A stretch of DNA of 64,000 bases from Bdellovibrionota bacterium (GCA_965207455.1 CBDBMJ010000001.1:128001-192000); one strand, 5' to 3'; shown: positions 9,484 through 19,336, counted from the stretch's first letter. A program made the numbers and translations. Notes: generated from the sequence alone by a model not told the origin.

Positions 9484-10389
9484 ATGTGGATATTTAAGAC
9501 ATTTCAAAAATATTTTCTTTTTATACTGCTGTTGGCACAGCTTCCCCACACCCTCCAAGCCCAGAACAACTGCGGCTATACACGGATCAATGGAAAACAA
9601 TTCTGGCGTTGCATGCAAACCGAATCTGTTTTTCGAGAGGGACAAACAGTATCTAAAAATATGGTGGCAGCCGATTTGCTCACAGTGAAGCGAGTGGAGC
9701 CCGATGTATTGCTGAGAAAACGAAGGCCGCTTGTATTGTCGAAAAAACGGGTACGATCGCCCCGGTATGGAGAAAGCGTCGTAGGAATCTTAGATCTGGG
9801 AGTTAGCCTTGGACTTACAAGCTTTTCGGACATCAGCACCAAAGCTGGCAAAAAAACTCCCACCCTGGGGATCCTCCTTTCAGCACCCCTTTCTTCCGTA
9901 TTTAGATTGATGCTGAGCTATTCCTACCAAAGTAAAAAGCTGCTGTTAGGCTTGGAAGATCGCCAGGAAACAAAGAACGCCGATGATCTATCCATTTCCA
10001 GCGACTCCCGCATAACCACCCACTTAGTGGGAGCTGAGGTCCAAGCTTTTCTAGGAAGTAGGGAGGCGACGTGGCGACCCTTTTTAGGACTAGGGCTAGG
10101 CTACTCCCTATCGCAGCTAGAAGACACCGTTTCGCCCTATTCCATTGGCACTAAGCGACACATTTTGAGGCAATCCAACCTTGGGGCACTGCTGAGCCTG
10201 GGTCTTCACTACCGCGTGGACTCCCGTTTGCGCCTACTTGCAAGTGCACGCTTTTTTGATTCCCTACATTCTTTCGACCCATCGGGCTTTTCTGAAAATA
10301 AAAACTTGAATTTATTGGAAGCAAAGGATAGTACATTTACATCTACTAATTATTCACAATTTATTGGCGGTATACAATACAGTTTTTAA
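9484..10389 (+). CDS. Outer membrane beta-barrel protein
   Basis: Signal peptide, amphipathic strands, PFLGLGLGY, C-terminal YSF; start uncertain. Confidence 0.7.
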   Translation: MWIFKTFQKYFLFILLLAQLPHTLQAQNNCGYTRINGKQFWRCMQTESVFREGQTVSKNMVAADLLTVKRVEPDVLLRKRRPLVLSKKRVRSPRYGESVVGILDLGVSLGLTSFSDISTKAGKKTPTLGILLSAPLSSVFRLMLSYSYQSKKLLLGLEDRQETKNADDLSISSDSRITTHLVGAEVQAFLGSREATWRPFLGLGLGYSLSQLEDTVSPYSIGTKRHILRQSNLGALLSLGLHYRVDSRLRLLASARFFDSLHSFDPSGFSENKNLNLLEAKDSTFTSTNYSQFIGGIQYSF

Positions 10390-10558
10390 TTTCATTGGGA
10401 CATTGGGAAGAACGTTAGCAGCGTAACCTGTGTTCCTATAGAACTTGATTTTTATATGGTTTGAACGTACAATAGTAGTAGACGCATTGTGGGTCGACGG
10501 CATATTAGGTGCTTACCGGTTGAAATATCACAATGGAATTTCGGAGAAAGAGCAATAT

Positions 10559-10783
10559 ATGCCAGAGAGTATAAGCCCGCTTACGGGCAGAATTGAAGAG
10601 TCTGATGTGGTCATTGATTTTGGTCCATACGAAGGAAAAAAAGTTTCAGAAATACGAGATGAAAATCCGGAGTTTCTGAAAGAACTAATCCGAGAAAGAA
10701 ATAGCAACAATATAGCAATTCGCAAATATAAAGATAAAACCTTTCACCTATATATTAACCCACTAGCCATGCGATACAGTTAG
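10559..10783 (+). CDS. Small hypothetical protein with an FGxYxG motif (resembles exonuclease X C-terminal domain)
   Basis: IDFGPYEGKKVSEI..NPEFL. Confidence 0.55.
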   Translation: MPESISPLTGRIEESDVVIDFGPYEGKKVSEIRDENPEFLKELIRERNSNNIAIRKYKDKTFHLYINPLAMRYS

Positions 10784-10883
10784 TTGAGATGTAATCGGCT
10801 AGCAAACTGGGAATTTCGAACGAAAAAAACCCCTGCCTTTCCCACTCAGGAGAAAAGCAAGGATCAAGTAAGATTAATCTTAT

Positions 10884-11360
10884 TTATTTGAGAGACTCGA
10901 GTTTAATTCTAGCAGACTCTCCCGCAACTGAAACCGAAATTTGGAGCTTAAATTCTCCTCCCAGATAAAGCGGTGTATCTGAAGTACATACGCTAGATTT
11001 ACACCTAAGGGGTATAGTTCTACTTACGTTTACCCGTCCACCAGCTCTTGGGGAATAATAAAATACTGAACCCGAAATATTATTTTCAGGAACAGAACTG
11101 TAACGGAGCTCAACTGTAATATATCTTGTTTCTCCATTCACATTAACACTATGTTCTCTGAGGGTACAGATTATCGTTCGTACAAAGAACTTAGGAGGAT
11201 CAGGAGACTCACACTCTGCCCTTACCCATTGATCACCCCCTCCCACAGGTGGTGGAGTTTCGTGAGCAAAAACTGGAGCACTCCATAAAGCGCAAACCAT
11301 AGTCAATGCTAAAGTTAATGTTGTTAATTTTATTGATGTTGATTTTAATATAGTTCTCAT
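10884..11360 (-). CDS. Secreted four-cysteine hypothetical protein, family B
   Basis: Signal peptide; Cys spacing and C-terminus resemble 11767-12276. Confidence 0.75.
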   Translation of the reverse strand: MRTILKSTSIKLTTLTLALTMVCALWSAPVFAHETPPPVGGGDQWVRAECESPDPPKFFVRTIICTLREHSVNVNGETRYITVELRYSSVPENNISGSVFYYSPRAGGRVNVSRTIPLRCKSSVCTSDTPLYLGGEFKLQISVSVAGESARIKLESLK

Positions 11361-11488
11361 AATTTTCCTTCTTTCTTTTTAGTTAATGTTGATTTTACTT
11401 CTGCAACTACCCTCGGATAAATTTGAAAATAAGTATAATGGTATTATTTATTCCTTGTAATAAAAAAAATTTATGTCAATTGGGCTGA

Positions 11489-11638
11489 ACCCGAGAGATT
11501 AGTGCCAAGATTAGCACGAATCGCATTAGAGAAACTGCGGTCAACCGAAAAATATCTTGTTTCACCAAGGCAGATACACCTCAATCTAATGGTATGTCAG
11601 AGAAAGAAAAATTGAATTGTAGGACCGTTATCAAATAA
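11489..11638 (+). pseudogene. Possible IS3/IS481-type transposase (rve) fragment
   Basis: Translates to FTKADTPQSNGMSE, resembling the PQxNGxxE motif; no start codon. Confidence 0.4.
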
Positions 11639-11664
11639 GCAATTCCCTGAACAGGGAGGAGGAC

Positions 11665-11696
11665 AAAAAAAACCCCTCGATTGGAGGGGTTTTTCT
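11665..11696. terminator. Bidirectional intrinsic terminator
   Basis: A-run-cccctc-gattg-gagggg-T-run. Confidence 0.75.
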
Positions 11697-11766
11697 TTAT
11701 GCTTTTCTAGCCCTTCCCATTTAAGGGAAAAGCAAGAAACAAGATAAGCACTTTCAGCGAGTTATC

Positions 11767-12276
11767 TTATTTTCTTTTAAGTTTGAACTCAACTACTCGG
11801 ACATCAAGCTCATCTTCACTTGCAGGCATAACCGCCAAATAAAGATTTAAACCTTTTTCATGTAAACGTTCCAGGTTTTCTGAAGACTCACAGTACTCGC
11901 TGTTAAGACCTCCGGTACAGTTAAGTACTATAGTGGCTTGTGGTGAGGACAGATCTTCGTAAGAATATACGGCTGCGTTAAAACTGAAATAAGAACTCTT
12001 CTCTTGTCCACCAGTTTTAAAGGTCATTAAAATTCCAAAAGTTTCTACTTTTTCATGCATTTTAACTTCCTGTGTAGTTTGGCAGAATGTTGAGTATCTC
12101 TTGTTGTCGTCAGAACCAGTAACCTTTTTATGACATTTTGCCATTGGATCTGAAGGCACTTCTGACACACCTTTTACTTCCATTTCAGTCATGGGAGATT
12201 CTCCCATGGCAAAAGCTGGAGAGCTTGGCAAAGCACAAAGTATAGTAAATACGATTGTTAGTTTTAGTATGTTCAT
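11767..12276 (-). CDS. Secreted four-cysteine hypothetical protein, family B
   Basis: Start reassigned to ATG 12276 (AGAGGA RBS; MNILKLT..AFA signal peptide). Confidence 0.75.
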   Translation of the reverse strand: MNILKLTIVFTILCALPSSPAFAMGESPMTEMEVKGVSEVPSDPMAKCHKKVTGSDDNKRYSTFCQTTQEVKMHEKVETFGILMTFKTGGQEKSSYFSFNAAVYSYEDLSSPQATIVLNCTGGLNSEYCESSENLERLHEKGLNLYLAVMPASEDELDVRVVEFKLKRK

Positions 12277-12466
12277 AGTTTTTTCCTCTTTTCTTGATAA
12301 TTTTATTATAAGAGACACACCATGCATCTCTTTTATGAAGAGCACAATAATCTGACCTGCTATCTAGTGTCAATACTTTTTTTCATTTTTTTTAGGGGCA
12401 AAAGGAAAGATCACACCACGGTGTATAATCTTTTTTATTCTTAATAATTTAAGGGAGGGAGCATCA

Positions 12467-12631
12467 ATGGAAATGGAGATTAAAGTGATGCGGAGGGTTG
12501 TGGGCAGAGAGAAAGTAATGCGAGATATTATGTTGAGGGTGGTGAGACAATCTGAGGTTGCTAGGGAGTTTGCTTCTAAGTCGAGTGTAGATGAATTATC
12601 TTTTCAAGATATATCGCAGGGATCGTGCTAG
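12467..12631 (+). CDS. Small 54-aa hypothetical protein (not in ORF track)
   Basis: AGGGAGG RBS, TATAAT at 12424; MEMEIKVMRRVVGREKVMRDIMLRVV... Confidence 0.35.
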   Translation: MEMEIKVMRRVVGREKVMRDIMLRVVRQSEVAREFASKSSVDELSFQDISQGSC

Positions 12632-12739
12632 GGCTTTGGGTCCACTCTGATGTCAGAGACTTTGTTAGAGAGATTTGAATCCGATGGATTATGTTAGAAA
12701 AACAAAACGTTATGTTGGTATCCGTTTTTTCGGGAAAGA

Positions 12740-12857
12740 TCAGTTCTTTGCTGATCTATTTGACTCTCATCTTGCCACCAAATCTCTGTTTTTTTAGAAT
12801 CTAGATTTTCCTTCATTTTCTCCGCTGCTTTTGGAAAATTTAGCTTGAACTGTTCAA
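12740..12857 (-). pseudogene. IS630-family transposase fragment
   Basis: EQFKLNFPKAAEKMKENLDSKKTEIWWQDESQIDQQ resembles the FKKNF...IWxQDExRxGQ junction of IS630 transposases. Confidence 0.55.
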
Positions 12858-13136
12858 TTACTTCTTGAGATCACTTAGGAAATCTAAAACTCCCTTATAG
12901 CTGAGTCCCTTGGCTATTCGATCAAGGGTAAGTATTCCTAAATTCCCATTCCCAGAAGTGATGCGTTGAATTGTGGATCGAGCAACCCTTGACTCCCAAG
13001 AGAGCCATTCCACGGGCTTATCTAGTTTATATAAGTCTTTGTTAATTTTTTGACCAATTATTGTTAAAAGCTTTTCTTCAGACTTATTCCTTGGTGTTCC
13101 TGTCAATGACTTGATTCGTCGCAGTGTTTCTTTCAT
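12858..13136 (-). CDS. XRE-family HTH regulator
   Basis: LSWESRVARSTIQRITSGNGNLGILTLDRIAKGL. Confidence 0.8.
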   Translation of the reverse strand: MKETLRRIKSLTGTPRNKSEEKLLTIIGQKINKDLYKLDKPVEWLSWESRVARSTIQRITSGNGNLGILTLDRIAKGLSYKGVLDFLSDLKK

Positions 13137-13163
13137 AAATAAAGATTATATTAAAAAAATAAC

Positions 13164-13210
13164 TTGAACTGCCTATATATCGGGCTTATTTTAGAGTCCT
13201 ATATAAAGGC
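13164..13210 (+). promoter_or_regulatory. Promoter with two operator-like imperfect palindromes
   Basis: TTGAAC-17-TATTTT; gcctatatatcgggc at 13171-13185 and gtcctatataaaggc at 13196-13210. Confidence 0.5.
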
Positions 13211-13231
13211 GAATGAAGGAAATATTATTCT

Positions 13232-13639
13232 ATGTTAATTATTAAAAGAAAAGTTCAAAATCCGGGGATTTTCTTTCCTGATATAAGAAAAATTGAATAT
13301 CAAGTAATAGGGCGGATTTTAATTAGTAAAAAAATTATTAGCTTAAGGCGAAAAGCAAAACTTTCTCTTTTGGAGACATCATACAAAACTGGGATTGATT
13401 TCTGGAGGCTATGGAAATATGAATGGGGTATAATTGAGATTCCTTGCAATAAAATTTCTGTTTTACTTAGATTATATAATGCGAGCGAAGTAGATATATT
13501 TTATTTTTGTGCTTTCAATAGAATTACAGTTTATCAGGAAATAAAAAATAGTTATTTTTTAAATAGTTTATTTTTGTTAGTATCACCAAAAAGGCTGTAC
13601 AATTCAATCAAGCGACTCAAGAATAGAACTCGCCCCTGA
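13232..13639 (+). CDS. XRE-like HTH protein, divergent from 12858-13136
   Basis: LRRKAKLSLLETSYKTGIDFWRLWKYEWG. Confidence 0.6.
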   Translation: MLIIKRKVQNPGIFFPDIRKIEYQVIGRILISKKIISLRRKAKLSLLETSYKTGIDFWRLWKYEWGIIEIPCNKISVLLRLYNASEVDIFYFCAFNRITVYQEIKNSYFLNSLFLLVSPKRLYNSIKRLKNRTRP

Positions 13640-14398
13640 CAGCCAACGTTTCCCGTTAGTGTTTCTTATTGTAAGCAAACCCCCCGGCATCTGTATCTCT
13701 AAGGGAAGACTGCCAAGCTTGCTTGAAAAATATTTTTCATAACAAGCAGCAATTACCATGGCATTACTGGCACAAGATTGAGTAGCTCCTGCACCCCTCT
13801 CCCAAACCTCCACACCTAAGGAGTTTGCCTTGTGGTGCAAATCTACAAAAGCAATATTGGATTGGGTAGCTTCCTCTAGCGCCGGCCCATACTTTTGCAA
13901 AGAAAAATCTTGAGGCTTTTTCCATTGTTTATCCGAACCCCAAAAAATAATTGTATGGGGATTACCAATCTCAGCTTGGTAGCAAGGTATGGAGTGGCCC
14001 AGCACCTGTATGCGAGAGAAACGTAAACCTTTGACCTCTCCCATAGAAATGGAAAAATCCCCTCTATCCTTCAAGCGCATCACTTCACAAATATTTTTCG
14101 ACACGGAAACGGAAAAAATTTCTCCTTCCCGAGCCTCCACCCACTTACAGTTTTCCGCAAGATGCATAAATGCCCTTAGCCCATTACCGCACATTTCTGC
14201 TAAACTTCCATCACGGTTCCAAATCTGAAGCGTAAGAGGAGCTTGCAATTCTAAAATCTGATCTGCATGGGGCTTAGACTCCAGAGCAATTTTTTTTACA
14301 AATTCCTGCTTGTCTAAAAAATTTTCAGGAAAATACTTGGACTCACAAACAATACAAACATTACCCGTGCCCTCAACTTTCCAATATTTACTTGCCAT
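13604..14398 (-). CDS. dapF: Diaminopimelate epimerase
   Basis: WNRDGSLAEMCGNGLR, GNPH, WERGAGATQSC, MPGG. Confidence 0.9.
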   Translation of the reverse strand: MASKYWKVEGTGNVCIVCESKYFPENFLDKQEFVKKIALESKPHADQILELQAPLTLQIWNRDGSLAEMCGNGLRAFMHLAENCKWVEAREGEIFSVSVSKNICEVMRLKDRGDFSISMGEVKGLRFSRIQVLGHSIPCYQAEIGNPHTIIFWGSDKQWKKPQDFSLQKYGPALEEATQSNIAFVDLHHKANSLGVEVWERGAGATQSCASNAMVIAACYEKYFSSKLGSLPLEIQMPGGLLTIRNTNGKRWLSGASSILESLD

Positions 14399-15716
14399 CG
14401 GTAGAACCCGGAAATAGTTTTTTCTTATAATGAATGGCTTCCTCTAAGAGTCCGGACCATGCTTTGTCTTTGTGGTAGCAAAGAGTGCCATCTACCCAAG
14501 TGTGGGTAACGTTAGTGGGATTTCCAGAATACACAATGGAGTTATAGACCTCGTCGATATTGTCTTTATTGGGCAAACATAGGGAATGGATCTGTTGCAG
14601 ATCTAGGGCAACAAGGTCTGCTTTTTTCCCCACCTTCAACGATCCAACCTGATCCTCTAGCCCTAGAGTGCGTGCACCCTCTTTCGTGGCCATCTCAAAA
14701 ATTGTTTTTGCGGGCATGGCACTAGGGCCTAACTTATATTTTTGAATCAATCCCGCTAGGCGCATTTCTTGGAACATATTTAAATTATTGTTGCAGGCAG
14801 CACCGTCGGCACCAAGGCTTACACAAACACCTTTGTCTAACAAATGGGGTATACCCGCTATGCCAGAGGCAAGCTTTAAATTAGACGATGGACAGTGGGA
14901 AACTTTTGTTTGAGTAGAAGCCAATAACTCTATTTCTTTTTCCTGTAACCAAACACAATGGGCTAGTACAAGATTAGCTCCCGTGAGTTCCAACTGGTGC
15001 AAATACTCCACATTGTTGCAACCATGGAGATCGCGAACATACGCCACTTCCTCTTGGTTTTCACTGGCGTGGGTGTGGATCAAGAGGTTATATTTTTTTG
15101 CATAATCTCGCACCTTCGACAATAAATCCGACGTACAGGACACAGCAAACCTGGGAGCAAAAGCATAGCGAAGCCTATCGTTTTCTTTTCCATGCCACTT
15201 GTTTGCCAGTTGAATACTCTCTCGCAAAGAATCTTCAGTGGATTCCAACAGAGCACACTGAGGGTCTCCCTGATCCATCATACACTTACCAATAAAAGCA
15301 CGAATTCCCATCTCCTTGGCTGCGGTGAAGATAGCGTCGGTATGATTTACTGTTCCCATATCTAAAATAGTGGTTGTGCCACCTGAGAGTAACTCTCCAA
15401 TACCTAAACGGGCGCTAGCGTATAGACTCTCTTGAGTGTGCTTGGCTTCCATGGGCCATATTTTTTTTTCTAGCCACTGCAATAGGGGCAAATCCTCAGC
15501 AAGGTTTCGAAAGAGTGTTTGGCAGAGGTGGGTGTGGGTTTGTACAAATCCGGGAATGAGGACTTGTCCTCGAAGGAAAATTGTTTTTTCCCCTTTTTGT
15601 GCTTTTATTGTGGGAGCAATTTCCAGAATCGTATCGTTTGCTATCCTGAGATCACCTTGAAAAAAAGAGTTCTCATTGGTTAATAAAAAAGCGCCCTGGA
15701 GTAGAGTGTTTGCCAT
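14388..15716 (-). CDS. Amidohydrolase, 5'-deoxyadenosine/MTA/SAH deaminase-like
   Basis: PGFVQTHTH, HTHASE, HCPSSNLKLASG, LGADG. Confidence 0.85.
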   Translation of the reverse strand: MANTLLQGAFLLTNENSFFQGDLRIANDTILEIAPTIKAQKGEKTIFLRGQVLIPGFVQTHTHLCQTLFRNLAEDLPLLQWLEKKIWPMEAKHTQESLYASARLGIGELLSGGTTTILDMGTVNHTDAIFTAAKEMGIRAFIGKCMMDQGDPQCALLESTEDSLRESIQLANKWHGKENDRLRYAFAPRFAVSCTSDLLSKVRDYAKKYNLLIHTHASENQEEVAYVRDLHGCNNVEYLHQLELTGANLVLAHCVWLQEKEIELLASTQTKVSHCPSSNLKLASGIAGIPHLLDKGVCVSLGADGAACNNNLNMFQEMRLAGLIQKYKLGPSAMPAKTIFEMATKEGARTLGLEDQVGSLKVGKKADLVALDLQQIHSLCLPNKDNIDEVYNSIVYSGNPTNVTHTWVDGTLCYHKDKAWSGLLEEAIHYKKKLFPGSTDGK

Positions 15717-16567
15717 TAATGGGATTCTTTTTTCAAAATTAAGGGAATACTATCCAATAAAACCTTGGAAAGTCGGGAGATCACTTGCCTAGCTATTTTC
15801 TGTACCTCTTCATGGTGGAGAGGCTCCTTTTGGATTCCCGTACCCATGTTTGTAATGCAAGAAATGCCACTTACACGCACACCCAAGTGGCGTGCTGCAA
15901 TTGCCTCAGGAACGGTACTCATACCCACAGCATCTGCCCCCATGGCCTGTAGCATGCGAACTTCGGCAGGAGTTTCGTAAGTGGGACCCCTCATGCTAGC
16001 ATACACACCTTTTTGTAGAGAAATGCCATGCTTTTTACTCACAGACTCCAGTATGGCAATGGCTTTTTGACAGTAGGGCTCGCTCATATCCGGAAATCGA
16101 GGACCAAATTGAATGGACTCGTTTCCTGTGAGTGGATTATCTCCCATAAAGTTAATGTGGTCCTCAATAATCATGAGGTCGCCCTGTTTAAATTTTGTGT
16201 TTAAACCACCGGCTGCATTGCTGAGGATAATATGTTGCACACCCAACATGCATAGAACACGGGTGGGTAGCACAATACTACTCATGGAATGACCCTCATA
16301 AAAATGCCAGCGTCCCTGCATTGCCACAATAGGTATATCTCGAATGGTTCCAAAAATAAGTTTTCCCGAATGTCCCTCCACCTGTGTTTCATGAAAATAA
16401 GGGATCTCGCTATAAGGAACAGCTTTCTGATCTTTAATTTCATTTACAAATTGCCCTAAACCACTGCCGAGAACAATGGCTAACTTTGGCTTTGCCTCCA
16501 CCCTGTTTTTTAAAAACTGAGTGACTTCTTGAATTTCCCTAACGGTTTTGTTTATTTGTTCTTTCAT
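15716..16567 (-). CDS. punA: Purine nucleoside phosphorylase (trimeric type)
   Basis: VLGSGLG, GRWHFYEG, GPTYETPAE, VGMSTVPE. Confidence 0.95.
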   Translation of the reverse strand: MKEQINKTVREIQEVTQFLKNRVEAKPKLAIVLGSGLGQFVNEIKDQKAVPYSEIPYFHETQVEGHSGKLIFGTIRDIPIVAMQGRWHFYEGHSMSSIVLPTRVLCMLGVQHIILSNAAGGLNTKFKQGDLMIIEDHINFMGDNPLTGNESIQFGPRFPDMSEPYCQKAIAILESVSKKHGISLQKGVYASMRGPTYETPAEVRMLQAMGADAVGMSTVPEAIAARHLGVRVSGISCITNMGTGIQKEPLHHEEVQKIARQVISRLSKVLLDSIPLILKKESH

Positions 16568-17894
16568 GTACGATCCTGTTTTGTATTAGTTTTGGAGGTG
16601 CGATTCTTTGGCTACCAATGCTTATGCTATTTAAAATTTGGTTCCTTACTGCTTGCGCTTTTTTCACGGTGGTAGCGTAGATAGTAACCACGGGAGTGCC
16701 TTTGGAAACCTTATCTCCTAGTTGGTGATGAAAATAAAAACCCACACTGGGATCAATGGAATCAGTGGACTGGACCCGTCCCCCTCCCAGTGCCACTAAT
16801 GCCATACCAATACTTTCTGTGTGCATTTGGGTAATATAGCCCGATCGGGGCGCACCCACAGAAATGGAAGATTTTGCTAAGGGAAGACCGTGATCGAGAG
16901 CGGAGGTGTCCCCCTTTTGCATACTCACAAACTCTAGGAATTTAGAATACGCACGACCACTTTTGAGAGCCTCCTCCAATATTTTTCTAGCTGCAGGGGC
17001 CTGGGTGTTTTTCTTTTTCTTTTTCTCTGCCAATAGAAACATCTCCACTGCAAGAGCCATTGTTACCTCGAATAGTCGAGGCTCTGGTTCTTGATCCTCT
17101 GGACCTCGTCGCAAAAAAGCAACGCACTCATTGACTTCTATACTGTTCCCCACTGCTCGTCCCAATGGTTGGGACATATCTGTGAGCAAAGCATGTATGG
17201 TTTTATTCGTCTGCTCTCCAATGGCAACAATGGCATGGGCTAGTGCTAAGGCCTCAGTGGGAGTTTTCATAAAAGCACCACTGCCTACCTTAATATCCAT
17301 TACCAAGCCGTCAAAATCTTCTGCTAATTTTTTCGACATAATACTTGCCACAATAAGGGGAATACTGTCCACCGTTCCGGAAACATCTCGTAAAGCATAA
17401 ATTTTCTTATCCGCAGGACAAATTTCATCACTCTGACCAATCATGCCCATACCAACAGTACGAAGTAACTCTTCGAAACGATCCAAAGGTATATTTGTCT
17501 GGAAACCTGGAATGGATTCCAACTTATCCACTGTACCTCCCGTGTGCCCTAAACCACGACCAGAAATCATCGGCACAGTCACTCCCACACTAGCAAGCAA
17601 TGGGGCAAGAATAATACTTGTCTTATCACCAACACCACCAGTGGAATGTTTATCCACCTTGGGTTGCTGGATATTAGAAAGGTCCAAAGACTCTCCCGAC
17701 TGGAGCATTGCTTTTGTAAGAGCAGCAGTCTCCTCCTCATTCATACCTTTAAAATAAATACTCATCAAAAGAGCACTCATTTGGTAATCAGGAATACTAC
17801 CTTGAGTGAAGCCATCCACAAACGCATTAATTTCATTTGAATGTAGAGGCTCTCCATCTCGCTTCTTTTTAATTGTAATTACAGGGTTGAACAT
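16539..17894 (-). CDS. pdp: Pyrimidine-nucleoside/thymidine phosphorylase
   Basis: DKHSTGGVGDK, SGRGLGHTGGT; start at ATG 17894. Confidence 0.95.
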   Translation of the reverse strand: MFNPVITIKKKRDGEPLHSNEINAFVDGFTQGSIPDYQMSALLMSIYFKGMNEEETAALTKAMLQSGESLDLSNIQQPKVDKHSTGGVGDKTSIILAPLLASVGVTVPMISGRGLGHTGGTVDKLESIPGFQTNIPLDRFEELLRTVGMGMIGQSDEICPADKKIYALRDVSGTVDSIPLIVASIMSKKLAEDFDGLVMDIKVGSGAFMKTPTEALALAHAIVAIGEQTNKTIHALLTDMSQPLGRAVGNSIEVNECVAFLRRGPEDQEPEPRLFEVTMALAVEMFLLAEKKKKKNTQAPAARKILEEALKSGRAYSKFLEFVSMQKGDTSALDHGLPLAKSSISVGAPRSGYITQMHTESIGMALVALGGGRVQSTDSIDPSVGFYFHHQLGDKVSKGTPVVTIYATTVKKAQAVRNQILNSISIGSQRIAPPKLIQNRIVHERTNKQNR

Positions 17895-17898
17895 TTTT

Positions 17899-19095
17899 TT
17901 ACTCCAATATATCTCTAAAACTCGTACCAATTTGTAGACGTGAGTCCACTTCCATAAAATCTAAAATAGTTTGACCAACGTCCGCAAAACTCCCACGAAC
18001 ACCTAAGTCTTTTTTCTGACGACGCTCCCGGGTGGCATGGGTCCAGGCAAGCACGGGTATGTACTCTCTTGTATGGTCGGTGCCTGGGGCAGTTGGGTCG
18101 TTACCGTGATCGGCTGTAATGATAAGGAGATCCTTTTCCCTTATATTGGAAAGTAGATTTTGTAGCTCACCATCAAACCATTCCAACTCCTTCCCGTAGC
18201 CAATGGGATCCCGACGATGACCAAAGAGCATATCGAAATCCACAAAATTAGCGAAGAGCAAACCATGGAAATCCTTTTGAAGAGCATTATTGACCTCAGC
18301 CATAATTCCACGATTATTTTTTGCCACAATGGACTCAGAAAATCCCTTATAATTATAAATGCTGGGAATTTTTCCCACACCAATGGTATCCATGTTCTTG
18401 TCTCGAAGATGGTCCATCATGGTTGGCCCAGGAAGGTCGATACTATAGTCTCGTCGATTTTCTGTTCTCTTAAAATTAGCGGCATGGGTGCCAGTAAAGG
18501 GACGGGCAATCACACGACTCACATTTATTTCGTCGCACTGTAGCCTTGCTCTTTCACACATTCCATACAAGCGCTCCAAACCGAAATGCTCCTCATGGGC
18601 CGCAATCTGAAAGACGGAATCTGCACTCGTATACACAATGGGCTTTCCCGTACTGAGGTGCTCCTCCCCCCAGTCCGCAATTACTTGGGTGCCACTGGCT
18701 GGCTCGTTTACCAATACACCCGGAAGATCATTCTCTGTAACAAATCGACGAATAAACTCTTCAGAAAAACCCCGAGGAAAAACAGCAAAGGAAACAGCAG
18801 TTTCTATACCAGCTAACTCCCAGTGACCCGTGGTAGTGTCCTTACCCTTCGACAATTCCAATGCCTTTCCGTAAGCAGCAGTGGCGTGACGGACGGGAGG
18901 CAAACCTTTAACGGGAGTGATATTCCCTAAGCCCATAGCTCCAAGATGGGGTAGAGATAAACCGGGAGACTCGTCCCCAATATGGGCTAAGGTATTCGCT
19001 CCACTATCACCATAGCTAGCAGCATCGGGAAGAGCCCCAACACCTAAACTATCAAGAACAAGCAGTATCACCCTTTTCTGATGATTTTCCGTCAC
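17899..19095 (-). CDS. deoB: Phosphopentomutase
   Basis: VLDSLGVG, GKDTTTGHWE, ADHGNDP, DHTRE; GTG start at 19095 with GGAGG RBS. Confidence 0.95.
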   Translation of the reverse strand: MTENHQKRVILLVLDSLGVGALPDAASYGDSGANTLAHIGDESPGLSLPHLGAMGLGNITPVKGLPPVRHATAAYGKALELSKGKDTTTGHWELAGIETAVSFAVFPRGFSEEFIRRFVTENDLPGVLVNEPASGTQVIADWGEEHLSTGKPIVYTSADSVFQIAAHEEHFGLERLYGMCERARLQCDEINVSRVIARPFTGTHAANFKRTENRRDYSIDLPGPTMMDHLRDKNMDTIGVGKIPSIYNYKGFSESIVAKNNRGIMAEVNNALQKDFHGLLFANFVDFDMLFGHRRDPIGYGKELEWFDGELQNLLSNIREKDLLIITADHGNDPTAPGTDHTREYIPVLAWTHATRERRQKKDLGVRGSFADVGQTILDFMEVDSRLQIGTSFRDILE

Positions 19096-19336
19096 TATTT
19101 CCTCCATCCAATAAAGAACCCTTTTTTTTGTTACCACCGTTAGAGCAGAGAAGAAAGGGGGAAGAGGAACTTGTACATATAGACGACCATTGTCTATTTT
19201 TTGGTCAATAAAAGGAACTGGAAGGTCTTTACTATATGAGCATTGCAATTCAGGGCATTGTATCGCCCTCAAATGCTTGAAATAAATAGGTTTTTTAATT
19301 TCAGAAAATTGTTTTTTTAAGGCTTTTTCCCTATCT

